DNA from: Spongospora subterranea f. sp. subterranea
Lineage: Eukaryota
Assembly: GCA_049724395.1 (NCBI GenBank)
Contig: JAUGWO010000067.1
Location: 62,001-126,000 of the forward strand
Length of the DNA: 64,000 nucleotides
Direction: 5' to 3'
In this document: positions 13,501-27,003 of the stretch, piece after piece
Layout of the letters: each line of letters begins with the position of its first letter
How positions within the stretch are numbered: position 1 is the stretch's first letter
Notes under the pieces: generated by a model
Database searches by the model: none
What the model was told of the DNA's origin: nothing
What the model saw: only the letters and a program-made list of their open reading frames with translations
Made by a program: the position numbers and the translations under genes

Positions 13501-15478
13501 CGAAGACTGTGCAAATATTACACAAGCGAGATTCAGCGACCAATGCTTACTTGTTTCACATCACGCTTGAAGATTTTGATAAGTCGGTCCAGCAGTGCCA
13601 ACGAGAAAGAGTCATTAAAACGTTGAAGGTGCACAAATATTAGCCATAAAGAGGAAGTTGGAACAGGGACGCAGACAAAAACAGCTGTCCATGCGCACTG
13701 AAGTGTTTTGTGTTTCTTGGAGCAATGTTCCCCCTGTTTGCCTTTAGTCCACATTGACACGCAAAAATCAAAAGAACTAACTTCTTCAGACCGAGATGAT
13801 GTCTCTGACGAAAGCGATTCAAAAGAATCAGGGCAAAATCCCTCCATAGGGCAGATGTGGATGAAGATGGAGGCAAGGCGAACAAGCAGATACCAAGAGC
13901 GGTTAAGACATAAAGGGAGTGATAGCCCACAAGAATGATAAACCGAATTCTCTGGAACATCCTTTGCAGCAAATCAGTGATGAATAAATCCTAGTGTTGA
14001 TATTGTTACCATCACAGCAACAAGCCGAAGGATCGCGACCCGCATATCAACGAATGTCCTTTTATGTGCTTTCACAAACCCATCAGCTAGTCCAAGTGTC
14101 AAAATTGAATCAAGCGAAACTTGTAATAGATTAACTATAGAAACCTAGCAAATTGTGTAAATGCCAAACACTTGGAAAGCCGCAAAGATGTACCCGCAAA
14201 TTAGGGGTTGTGCATGAGGAGAGCGAACGGGAAACATGAGGTAGGGCGGAGCTGAAAAATCTGATGAAAGGTGGAGTTGCTGACAGGACATGAAGGTGTA
14301 AGGCACTAATTGATGATTAGACCTGAAATCAGACATCGACTTTTGATTACCAAACAAGGCTGTCCAGAACGTCTCCAGATGGCGAACAATCTCTGCTGAA
14401 GTGCACATAAATGCCAATGGTCTAGGAACTAATTTTTGAACAAGACGAATGACGCACTTACACATCATTTTCAATCAACTGAAGGAAAAACGGAAACACG
14501 TCGTCTTCAAGAAAAGGGAACGCATCGTAAGCATACCGAACGACGACTAAATTCAAAATCTATAAAGGGTATAAAGTTAAACCTAAGGTTGCATTGAGGT
14601 TGATTCGGTGAGAGCCATGCCTGATTACACAGTTTTGGCTGCAAACGCCCGAACTCTAACTCGTATGGATGAAGTTGACATGTCAGAGTTTCCTGTACGA
14701 ATTTAGCTTTGAAGTGTATTGTTTGGCTAATAAAATAAATAGCGTCGCACCTTCGATTTGCAGAGCGACAGTAATGGCTTGCTAAAAAGGCGAAACAGAT
14801 CTTTTGAAAATTAGGTGTGATAAGCAGTTACAAAAAACGACCAGTACCTGTGTAATACTTTTCACTTATTTCGGTTTGATATTCGATTGGTTCAATAATA
14901 ATCTTGACAATTTCGGCAATAGGCACCAGTAGCCTACTTTGGGCTTTGTTTGGGAAATATTCTTCTAGCCATGCTACTATCAGGCATAGTAAAACATTCA
15001 AGAACCCAGGCGAGCATAAAAAATGTCCATCTAAATCAATATCAGAAAGCGATAGTGACCCTTTGAGGCAGCGTACGAGATTCAGATGCGGCGATGATGC
15101 TTTTCAGACTGGAAAACATGGCGAGCCTTGATACCGAGAACGTTGCGCTCGATTTGGTGTTCACAGCACGAATACATGTTTTGATGACGGCGACCCATGT
15201 AATGATATCACCTAAAAGATGTGAGAGAGCGCTTTTCCAACAAAGAAAACGAACCGGAAGTGTTGCATCGATGATCGAAAGCGTCATACGTATCTCGAGT
15301 TAGACGCATTTGCGCATCTTCATCGAGGTACTCCCAAAGAGAACTCAGCGCATCCTAAACACAGAGAAGTTACGGCTATGGCACCCGGGGAACGGCACCA
15401 GCGTACCGCTTTGGATTTCAGTGACGAAGCAGATTGGATGTCATATAACATCGTTCTGAGATCGTCTGACGCCGACAT
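4548..15478 (-). CDS. ATM: Serine/threonine kinase ATM/Tel1 (PIKK), many exons
   Basis: Kinase motifs GYIIGLGDRHCQNILID, HIDLGIAFDQG and [27 protein letters not shown] (ATM-type). FATC end NLAPMFHGWSAWM* at 4548. About 11 kb of HEAT/FAT-like exons. Start MSASDDLRTML at 15478 is tentative. Confidence 0.92.
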
Positions 15479-16126
15479 TGTCGTGGATCGCTATGGGTCA
15501 AGATTCAGCAGCGATATGTCAATTCTGCAAATTCATGCGTTGGTATCGCACAACCTATAGACAAATGACGCAATAAGATCAAGAATGTGAAACAGAAACC
15601 CAAGCTCAGTCCAATGACAGGAGCACGTTACCCCTGGTTGTCACTGACGCTTGCACAGTAGTCGTTGCAGCCCGGAGACAGTTCGTCGACAAGGACGCAA
15701 CAGCAGCAGCTGCACTTTCCCTTGCGCACGGCGCACTTCACATTGGCCACCCCGTATGTACTACGAGGAAACTTGCCCTCAGAATCGATAGATTTTTTCT
15801 GACGGACATGAAACACGATGTACCTGCTTTAATTGTCGATCTTCTCACCAAGGTCGATCATCCTGCCGCTACGAACCCTGTCTCACATTGATATTGGAGC
15901 ACTATTCAAATATTCCAATGACGAGTCCAGATGGATCTTGGCTGTCAATCTTGTGAAGTATTTCGACATTCCTCTATATGGCGAACCGGAAATACAGTTT
16001 CACGCCTGGCTATGTGATCCTCTCCTACGAGCATATATGTGTGCATTCTTGCCGTCCAACATTGCATGCGAATTCAGCTCATGCACTGTCATAATACGAA
16101 AACCGATAATAAAGACGATGTTTCGT

Positions 16127-17989
16127 TTAATCAATTCTGGCAGGAATCACCATCCAGATGAGCATAGCAATAAATATGGCAGAGGTGGCCATGACAGCTC
16201 CCGAGGTTTGGCCAGCTATTTCCTTTTGAACTTCTCCATTGCTTGGAACTGTTGCGCCATTGGCATTGTTCATCGCCGCCTGTGGGGTGGGAGTCGATGA
16301 TGACGACGCAACGCTGGCAGCCTTGGGAGAAGCGCGCGTTGAAGGCGCCACATTCGAAGTTGTTGTGGCAGACTTTCCTAGATATGCATCAAATTTCCCG
16401 TTCATGCAACTCTCGACGGTCACAAATTTCGTGAACCCCTTGCTCTTAGCGTATTGGATTGCTTGCTCAACCTTTCGATTTTAATGTTAGCTAAATGAAC
16501 TTTTCCGTTTTGCCATTCTTACAATATCGGCGGATGCGTTAATATCATTGTGCAATAACAATACGCCTATAATAATATCTCTGAATCGCACAACGATGGG
16601 TACAATAGTTAAACAGACCTCCAGCACGGGGACGGAATCATTCTATCTATCCGAGCTTGAATTCGGTTCCAGATCTGAGGGGCATTTTCTTTGTTAAAAG
16701 CATCTGATAACCAAGTTCAGATTCTTATATAGTCTGTGAACTTGTGCGATACCTGTAGAGTCAATATCCCAAATGATGGACACGTATCCCATTTGGTTGA
16801 GAATGCCTCGAACGCGAGGATCTTGATGGCCGAAAGGAGGACGAAACCATTTGGTTTCGATTCCCAGGATTTTTCTCATAACTTGGTCTGTTAAATCCAT
16901 CTCTTTTCTGATTTCAGGCTCCATCAGAATATCGAAATCCTAAAAATGGCGTTGAATACAATTGACAAGACTTGCACGAAGGCAATACCGGATGGGTCCA
17001 ACTGTGAGCAGCAACCTGATGGCCCTCCTTCACCGCTCGTTTCATGGCTGTGTCGTTTTCTTTCAGCTCTCCGCCAATCTAAAAACCATTTTCGAAAGCG
17101 TTTCAACCTGTCACACACCGTCATTTACCTGGAAAATTGTGCATTTAGCGTTTTCCTTGGCAAGCACATTCAGGATCCTATCGACTGGCCCTGAGGTTAA
17201 AACATAGAATACAACTTTGAAACAGCACATACTATTGCCAGAATACTGATTGTCGAATGTCACTGCAAAAGTGTATGGCTCTAGACAGCTCGAAGCCGTT
17301 GGATTTTGAGCCATCTTATTTGGCGATGGTGTAGTTGGTGCCTCATTTGTAAATTCAATGTCCCCAAAACTAGCTGAAGTTACGGCTCCGGGTATCGCTG
17401 GAAGCGTATAAAAATGGCTGACGTAAACCTGTGGAACCCACACGGTTAAGAAAACCTTGAACGATGTAACCTGACAAGGAGTTGCTACCTGAATTATTTT
17501 GGACATATCTACATCGAAATGGCTCAACGGAATGTAAACCAGTTGCCCATCCGGAGAACCATCGAAAGCGCCTTTCTGCGTATAATGGCTGATGAGAGCA
17601 GATGCACTTTTCTCGACATATGGCCAAGCGTCTAATCGACAATCAGGGAACCCTAAACAACTCAGTTAGCCACAATGGCATAAAATCCGCTCAGGGCTCG
17701 TTTAAACAGTACCCTGACGTAAATCAATGGTAAACTCAACCCCAGATGGTGCCCATGCTCTCATGCGAAGGTAGGCGAACGGTGTTAAGTCATAGCATCC
17801 TTTGGCCATGGTAAATCTAACGTAGGCGTCTGGATTTGCGGCAGCGACGTTGTATCTTCCGACGCTCGGCGTCGTCATAGTGACCATCGTCCCATCCGAT
17901 TCTCCCGCGACAACATCTTGCAGCTTGACCGACAACGTCCCGCTGCAGAGGAAGATAGCCAAAGCTATGAACTGCAGCTGCTGATGCAT
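16127..17989 (-). CDS. Secreted, probably GPI-anchored CE4/NodB polysaccharide (chitin) deacetylase-like protein, copy A, with N-terminal galactose-binding-like (CBM-like) domain
   Basis: Signal peptide MHQQLQFIALAIFLCSG. CE4 motifs TFDN, HSWTH, WFRPPFG, WDIDSTD, LLHND. S/T/A-rich linker and hydrophobic tail. Apparent +1 G at 16628-16631 relative to copy B. Confidence 0.85.
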
Positions 17990-18310
17990 CTGTAGCGATT
18001 TGAATTATGACGAAGACCGGATCTTAATGCAGCAGTTGATCTGGGTAGCGAACCAGTCGAGGGGAATCCTCGTTTCACTTGACGTTACTGGACAGTCGAT
18101 AATATCAGGCAGTAAATGCGTTCTGACTCTGTGACGTCAAGAGGCCGGCAAAACTAAACGGGAACCCGTGAGCAACCAACGTCTGTTAGAAAGATCCGAA
18201 ACGACGTTTGATCTAGACCGAGTCAAGAGTTGAAATACCTACCACGTGAAAGAAACACAAGGTTTATTTAAAAAAACAATATTTATACAGAACGCAGTCT
18301 AACTAAAGGT

Positions 18311-20163
18311 TCATGCAGATATCGCTAACCAGAATGTCACAACGAACAATATGGAGGAGCAGGTCATCAGAGCAGCTTGAGCGGCTCCAGAATATTGGGT
18401 CGATATGGGGTTTTGAGAGTTCTGGTTGGGTTGAGCTGCCGCTTTATCTTCCGTGAGGTTGGCACTATTGAGGATACCCTGTGGGGCAGGAGAACCAGGC
18501 GCGAAGCTGGATGTCGCGGGCGCAGGCCGCGTTGCAGCAGCCTTTCCCAGGAATGCATCAAACTTCCCGTTCATGCAACTTTCGACTGTCACGAATTTCG
18601 TGAACCCCTTGCTTTTAGCGTATTGAACTGCTCGCTGAACCTGTGGATACGAACTTCAGCTAATGAAACGTGTCTATTTCTTTGGTTTCAGTTCTTACCA
18701 CGTCCGCAGACGCGTTGATGTCATTGTGTAATAATAGAACACCTAGCAATTGATAAACCTTAATATGCGGAACTACCAGCATCACTTGAGATCAAACCTC
18801 CAGCACGAGACGGAACCATATTATCGATTCTTGCTTGAATGCGACTCCAAATCAGAGGAGCGTTTTCTTGGTTGAAATAGTCTACCCAGAAAGTTGATAC
18901 TTCTGTGATAATTTGTATATCAGCGAGGAATACCTGTGGAATCAATATCCCAAATGATGGAAATGTATCCCATAGTGTTGAGAATGTTCCGAACTCGGGG
19001 ATCTTGATGACCAAATGGGGGACGAAACCACTTGGTCTCGATTCCGAGTCGTTGTCGCATAGCTTGATCGGTTAGATCCATCTCTTGTTTGATCTCAACC
19101 TCCGATAAACTGTCGAAATCCTAATAGAAAATTGGCATTACTGGATGAAGGTTACCAGCAACAGCAATACCCGATGAGTCCAACTGTGAGCAGCAACCTG
19201 ATGTCCCTCCTTTATTGCTCGCTTCATGGCTGTGTCGTTTTCTTTCAGCTCACCACCAATCTGAAATCTGTTGAATGCATTTGGAAGCTCGACAACGCGT
19301 TTAGTACCTGAAAAATTGTGCATTTGGCGTTTTCCTTGGCCAGAACATCCAAAATCCTGTCGACTAGCACTGACGTAAGAAGATTATGCTGTGACTTGCG
19401 AACAGAGCCTACTATTGCCAGAGTATTGATTGTCAAACGTCACTGCAAAAGTGAATGGTTCTAGGCAGCTCGACGCCGTTGGATTTTGAGGAATCTTGTT
19501 TGGCGTTGGTGAAGTTGGAGCTTCATTTGTAAACTCAATTTCCCCAAAACTCGCTGAAGTTACTGCTCCGACAACGTCTGGAAGAGTATAGAGGTTGCTG
19601 ACGAACACCTGTACAACTCGGAGATGACGAAGCAATCCTCCAACGGTATAACCGGATGAAAGTTGTTACCTGAACAACTTTGGAAAGATCGATGTCGAAG
19701 TGGCTCAATGGAATGTAAACCAATTGCCCTTCGGGAGACCCATCGAAAGCGCCTTTCTGCGTATAGTGGCTGACCAAAGCAGAAGCACTCTCTGCGACAT
19801 ATGGCCAGGCATCCAATCGACAATCAGGGAACCCTGCACGGTCCACTTATCAGCAACGAAGTCGAATCAACTCTCGCGCGTCTGAAAGATACCCTGACGT
19901 AAATCAATGGTAAACTCAACCCCAGGTTTTGCCCACGCTCTCATGCGAAGGTAGGCAAACGGTTTCAAGTCGTAGCAGCCCGGCATGGTAAACCGAACAT
20001 AGGCGTCAGGGTTTGCGGCAGCGACGCTGTATCGTCCGACGCTCGGGGTCGTCATAGACGCCATCGTCCCATCGGATTCTCCGGCGACCACATCTTGCAG
20101 CTTAACCGAGAGGGCCTTAGAGCAGAGGGATACTGCCAAAACGATAAATAGCCGATGAATCAT
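18311..20163 (-). CDS. CE4/NodB deacetylase-like protein, tandem copy B
   Basis: Same exon structure and motifs as copy A. Signal peptide MIHRLFIVLAVSLCS and GPI-like C-terminus. Confidence 0.87.
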
Positions 20164-20463
20164 ATGTGTAGCGATTTGAATTATGACAAAGAAGCTCCTG
20201 CGTCAGCAGGCTATTAACATCGAACAGGAGTGCGACCCAGTTGACGGACGATCGTATTGGCGTTACAAGTACAGTCGACGACAATATCAGAAAATTCTAG
20301 AAGGCGTCGGCAACCTTGAATCTACAAGCAAGAAAGAACGCTCACGACTCTTCAATTAAGAACGACGAACAAATCTCCTGGGAGAGGAGCTACGCTAACG
20401 GTGATTACGCACTGGCAACGCTGCTTGCTCATACATATGGGTTATAAACATACAAGACAATAT

Positions 20464-23400
20464 TTAATCACAAGTTACTTCTGGAACAGAATCGGTACTC
20501 GAAAACTTACTGGCGACTTGTCGTTGATACAAGGCCTTCCATTTACTGACTTCTTTTTCGCACTCCTTCACTTTCTTCTTCGCCAACGCGGTGTGCTTAG
20601 CAAGAGCTTTGGACTTGTTTCGCTCCCGTTCGATTTGTTCTGTGTCGATATTCACGTTTAATCCTTGTTGAAGAAGTTTTGTGGCCCTCTCCAAGTTCCA
20701 AATGAGAACAATGTGTAGTGACATAATAACCGCGTCATACCTCGGATTTGTCAAGGCGGGTTTTGAGCGCCTTGATTTCTACAGTAAAATCCTCTAGGCG
20801 TTGTGCATCGTCAACCCGTTGCAAAGCCGCATCCCTGATGTCGTTCTTCAGCGATGATACCTCAAGTCGAAGTTCTTTCACAAGCTCAGCTGCTTCGTCA
20901 GCTTCCCTTTCCAAAGCGGCACAATGATCAGTACTAAACCATTAGTATCAGCTACGTGCAAATACACAAATGTCATCGCATGGTTTACCTAGCGGCTAAC
21001 TCTGTCTGATGGGATGCTGACTCTTTTGTTAGCAGTTTCAATCCGAAAATTAAGGTTATGAATCACTGCTTGCAAGGAATCTGTATTTGAGGAAAGCATG
21101 CTTAGCAAGAACGAACTTGCAAATTTTCTTTACCGATTTTTTTTTCCAATAAATCGCCTCGAGATACAGCTTCCAACAGTTGAGATTTGGTGCTCATAGC
21201 AACATCAAGGGCAGTCTCCTTGGAATCTAAGAAATATGTTTAATGGGCTGTAATCAATCATTTTGAAATCAACCCATCCTCACACTGTAATTCTTCAATT
21301 TGATTGCGAAGAGTATCGCAAGTTTGTACAGTTTGACTATGACAACTTTGAAGGTATGCAACCTTTTTATCAAGTTCGCATGCGCAATCTTGGGCGTCAA
21401 CAAGTTGCCCTAGGTAAATGTCAGAAGCAGCAAGTTACGAGAACAGCATTAATGAACAGCATTAACCATTCAGGGAATCCACGACAAGATCAAGTTGGGC
21501 ATTTCGGTCGCTCTGATCAGCTAACTCCACTTTTAGACTGGCAACTTGATTGTTGAAGAGGTCAGCAGCTGCTTGTAAACGCTCGACCAGGCTTTTGCTG
21601 TCGATTTCGAGTGTGACCTTTTCAGACTGCAATTGGAGAATTTGTCCGCACAGATCATCACATTTGATCTCCAATTCACCCAACTGAGATAGTTTAAGTG
21701 CATAATCTTCCTTCAACTTTTCCAATTTTTCTTGTCCCTGGGACGTCAATGGTGACCGATCAATAGACATGTGATGCGATCTATGAAGTGGCTCACCTGA
21801 CGACAATTTCCTTGAAGCTGGGCATTCACGTCTCGGCACTCCTCTAATTCATTCGACAGTTCTCGCAATCTTCGCCTTATTTTGTCAGCTTCATCTAAGG
21901 ATTCTTCCATATCCCGACATCTAGACTCCGAACGTTGAAGTCGTCGCTCCGCATCCTCCAACCTCTATTCCAGGACGAATTTAGTTAGAAACTCAAAGGT
22001 GACCAAAACAAAACGTCAAGAACATGTACCTGCAACAAGAGATCTCTTTGAATAATCATTTGTGAGTTTTGTTGCTGAAGCTGTTGTTGCTGGGCTTCTA
22101 GTGTTTTCAGCCTATCACTATCAACTGCCGTGCTAGTCTGGACTTTTGATGCAAGCTGCCTTGAGACTTCATCAAGCGCATCATTGCGGTATTTCTCCAT
22201 TTCAAGTTCACTGGAAAGTTGAGCGATCTGATCAGAGTATGTCTTTTGACAAATTAACGCTCCATCACATCTTGATTTAAGTTCATGATAACTATAAGTG
22301 TTACTGTTAAGAGCGCGACTGAGGGAATCACATGCCACAGCAAACTCTGAGCAATGGCACAGATATCCGTCACGTTTCTGGTTTTGGCTTTGGTTTTCTA
22401 TTTCAAGAAATTGCCGTTCGTCTTCAAGCTTGACAATGATTTGGTTCATTGTGGCGAGATCCGCGAGAAATTGTTGGACATTGTCTATATTGTTTGAGAC
22501 AGCGTTGATAACCGCATCATTTCTTACTTCTTGATTGCATGAAACTATCTCGGTTTGTGTCTCTCGGCTAAGAAGTTCCAACTGGACGGGATGTTCTTCT
22601 TGTGTTCTACTGGCCGTTTGAGAATTTCGTTCAAATTCAATATCGGTTTTTTGGTGATCAACACATGACAGCCGATCCTCTTGGGTCTCTTGTTGAGTCG
22701 CACAAGCTTTTTCAGCAAGAAACTCGCCAGCATCTTCAGAGCATAAGAATGTTGATTCTAAGGAAAGAGCATTCATGTCTTTGTTGGGATGTGCTAGAAG
22801 TTTGTTATGAGACGGAGATTCCTGCAGAGTTGGTAAGCACGTTTGCAAACAAATTTGGTGATCGCCATGGACGGCGATATGAGTCTCATGAAGCAGTTGT
22901 TTCGTAGTGGATAAAAGCAGCAGTTGGCCGACGCGACATTCGAGGTCCTCGATCGTTACTCTGTCCCGCTCGATAACAAAAATCAGCTGCTGCTCTTGTT
23001 GAATAGCTGTGTACATCATTGATTCTCTATTCACTCAATTTTCAATGCCAACGCTCAATTCATTAAACCTAGAAACCTGTTGGAAAGCAGCCACGACATC
23101 TCCTCTTGAAAGTGCTCTATCTGGTTTAGATACATGTTGTTTTTATGCTCTGCAATATCAAGCTGAATCTGGAGCTGCATATCTTGACTTCGTGATTGCG
23201 GGATACTGTGTTGTGAGCAACCAATACATTCGCTATTCAAAGCAGTACGAAGCCGCTTCACAGCGAAGTATGAAACAATAAAATTAGTGATTTTGTATAT
23301 TTCCTCGGAAACCCAATCGTACCTGGTTTTCCATCTGTAAATCTGAATACCGTTGCTGCCAACGTTCTACTTCTATTTCATGCTGGCGAGCCCTGCGATC

Positions 23401-23496
23401 CCGATCCGCCTGTTCCTCAGCGCATCGACTCAGTCCCTGCCTGATAACGGCCAATGCCTGTTCGGTCTTCCGCCTGGCCAGGGCCTGTCGCGTCAT
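20464..23496 (-). CDS. Large multi-exon coiled-coil protein
   Basis: Chain of minus-strand heptad-rich exons separated by short GT-AG introns. Both ends are approximate. Confidence 0.7.
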
Positions 23497-24127
23497 GAGG
23501 GCGCGCTCCCTGGGCTCCCCAACTGGGACCGATCGCAGCCCCGCCCCGTTCTCGCTCCTGAACCGATCAAGCTACACACAGCCTGTTTTCAATCTGACGT
23601 GTGTTCCTCCCGCGCCGCCCTTTCAGTCTGAGGGGTATCGCGCGGTGTAGCTACACAGGCCCTTCCTGGGCTTGACTGTCGTCCTGGAACCTTGACTGGA
23701 TTTCCGTTGCTGTTTCCGCCTATTACCCTTATTTGCTGCACGAGCAACGACATTGCCATTAACAGAGTTGACTGGTCATCAAATTCCCGGAGCAGCAAAG
23801 TAAACGCGTCTGCCCAATAAGCAAAACAAAATCTGCTCTAGTTGATGGGAACATGAAGAATTACCAGTTTAATTCATAGAGTAGAACCAAAGTGTGCACA
23901 TGAGGCCACGTTTCACTGGTGCATTCAGCAGGGGTTACCTGGTGTAGTATTATCAACAGTAGCACTCAGTAACGGTGACTATTGTGTTAACGTAATACCA
24001 CACACGCGCAGTCTGTGCTTCGAATGATGACCAGGGAGGTCGTGGAAGGAGACGCTGAGTCGCGGTAGAATCATCACGACTGGGTTCTGTTCTCGGGGGG
24101 CCGTCTCTATGCGGCGCCGATCATAAA

Positions 24128-26461
24128 ATGACTGCCCGTGAGCTCATTGTCGTATTGGCTCTGGCGGTATCGATCTCCCAGTGCTGGGGAGTCGACCCGT
24201 TCACGTGCCCCGTCCTGTCGCCGTTCGATCGGCCAACCTCTGATCAGCGCAGCGCCCGAACTTTGGAAATTCGACATCCTAGAATAATGCGAACCGTTGC
24301 TGTCGTCGATACCCATTCTGAATCGTATTTTGCTGACACCGCCTCCGAAACATACCCAATTTCTGAGAAAGCTTTTATAGCCCTCAAATTAATGTTCCTT
24401 CCGTCGCTGCTTCGGGTCCATGCGATTTGCAAGGAATCAAGAAAAAATTCAATTTTGCTGCATATTCAGCTGGCGCTCAGGTACTAGGTAATTTACAAGA
24501 TGATTATTCTGTAAAAGTATTGCTGACATCTTGCCATTAACTCTCAGCGTCGTCTCCCGGGTTGAAAGGCGCCGACAAAACTTTGCTCACCGATGCAGAC
24601 AAATATATGAGCTCTGCGTGCTCATTGCAGTCGAAATGGTTCGTTGTTCAGCTGTCCGAAGACATAGAAGTTGAGGCAGTGTGCTTAACGAATTTGGAGC
24701 ATTATTCTTCTGGTGTCGAACATTTTCAAGTCTTGGGAAGCGATAAGTTCCCGACCCCGGAATGGATTTTGTTAGGTAGCTTAAGTTATTCAGTTTTGTA
24801 GTATTCAATTGTATGACTTAGTGCCTCCAGGTTATTTTCGTGCGGATAATACTATGTCAGAGCAGACGTTCTGCATTCATCGTCAGGTCGTAGTGAGATA
24901 TTTGAAAGTCAGGCTTCTTAGCCATTATGGTTCCGAACAATATTGTACTTTGAATTCCTTGAAGGTTTATGGGTCGCGGTTGCTCGAAACGTTAGGAAGG
25001 TTCATGATTCGGAAAATGTGTTTCCAAACATCGTATTTGATGTTTTTTTCCTTAGAGCGTTGGATCAAACGCTTAAAGAAGCAAAACAAGCCATGGATGA
25101 ATTGGCAGCAGAGGATTTGAATTTTGATCCGAGAGAAAGTGTCGGTCGAAAATTGTCATTTGCTTTATGCGTCAAAATTGACAAGCGTACGTTTGCACAG
25201 ACAAATGCTGCGAAAGAACCGTCAAGCATAGTTTCCAAGCGCGAAACTAATGCAAACCCGTTCTCCTCTGATATTGCGCATCAGAATGGGTCGCAACCAA
25301 CTCACACTCATTCTAATCCATCAAATCCGGATGTCAAATCGGATTCTTCTGCCCAGCAAGGAAAAAGACGGTAATTCTTACGAAACTTATCGGTTGTCGG
25401 TTTGTTCATCGTCGTGATACAGTGACGAGATTACCGTTGATCCATCGCCTCATTTTTCCACTGAAGCTGCCTCTGCCAATGCCGCCTCGCCGTCTGTTCA
25501 GTATAAACTCTACTTTGAGAATTTTGTTCGGATAATGTTGATATGGTTTTCTGTTAGGCTAGTCAGAGAGAACACCGCGTTGCAAGAGAATATCATCACA
25601 AAGTTAACTAATAGGATCAAAGATTTGGAAATCAATCAGGTTGGTATTCATGAGTCAATTCCCATCATTCTGATAAGATCATAGACACTGTCTACTCGAG
25701 CAATTGAAAGACTAAGCCAATCGTTATCGAATACTGTAGAGAAACTGGAAACAGCCGTTCTGTCAATGGATGCTGGGCTCCTTGCTAGACATAAATCAGT
25801 GCAGGTCTGTCCATTGTAGATATAATTCTGTCAATTTTCATGGTCTTCGCTAATATTGTCATCCAAGGTGTTATTGACAAGTGCTGTCGACGCAACAAAT
25901 GCGTCCACAATAACCATCCTGCTTCTACGTCAGCAATTATCGGCTTTGAACATCGCGTATGATAACGCGGAAATGACATTAAGAATGCTCCGGTTTGCCT
26001 TGGCGGTTGCCGTTGTGGTTATATGTACTGGAGTTGCAGCTGCTCTTTTTAGAACTGGTAGGTTTTAACAACAGCTGCCGTCCATGTCTCAACGCCTTGA
26101 CGCAGGATCAGCAGTACATGTGCAAATGCCGTTACAATCGCGGTCCGCATCGTCTTTGCATCGACGAAGACGGCGCCAACGAAGTAGCCGCGTTCTTTCC
26201 ATGCAGTCTTTGGACATAGTAGACGAACCAGATTCTAATGTTGACGTGGTGAGGGTGCTAAATCTAGCATGAGAGCAAGTATATAATGTGTTCCTTTAGG
26301 AGCGGAACGTCCCAGATCGGCCAACTCCATTCAATCATATTCGTTCGATCAGCGATGACACATTCAATTATGCAACGCCTCGGGTTTTGAGACAGCAGTC
26401 ATCACCATTTCTGTCGTCAAACAAATTCGATGCATTGTTAGGACAGCACGATAATTATTAA
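24128..26461 (+). CDS. Mid-SUN domain protein (SLP1/SUCO family)
   Basis: Signal peptide. SUN motifs WFVVQLSEDIEV, NLEHYSSG and VRYLKVRLLSHYGSEQYCTLNSLKVYG. Coiled coil RIKDLEINQ and a C-terminal TM segment. Confidence 0.88.
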
Positions 26462-27003
26462 CGACAATCTCGCCAGTATTTAAGAACTCAGTAAAGTAAT
26501 TTTTTAACGTTTTGAGCCGATCATAATTTCATCATACCAGTCAATTTTACTTCATGCATCAAGAATTGCACTGCAATTGTGTGCGGCCGATATTGATGGA
26601 TCAGTTCAATTTTTATCCAGTAGCAAAAACGGATTTCGCGGCACAAGGGAGCAAGACTTTGAGCAGGGAATGTGGCCGCATGATGTTCTGTGAAACAATT
26701 TTTCGGTGGACGCAATTCTCCGATATCAAGTGGAGTCGGGTTCCCATTGGTTGTTTGTTCTTCACCGATGCAGTGCCAGTCCGTCATCAGGTCCATGACC
26801 GACTCCTAATGTCACAGCGGCTGACTCTGTTGCCGTCACGTATATCTACACTGTGATGTATGCTGGGGTGGTCCGCATACACAGCCGCCCCAGCCAGTGT
26901 GGTATAGTCGGACGTCGGGTGGATGGCGCGATGCCGACAACGACGATAAGTGAATCATCCCGTTCGTGATCCAATCTGGACCAGAAACTGAGGCGCAGGA
27001 CCC

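Noticed and set aside
24022..24060. C/D box snoRNA-like ATGATGA..CTGA
   Set aside because: Too short, with no terminal stem or recognisable guide.
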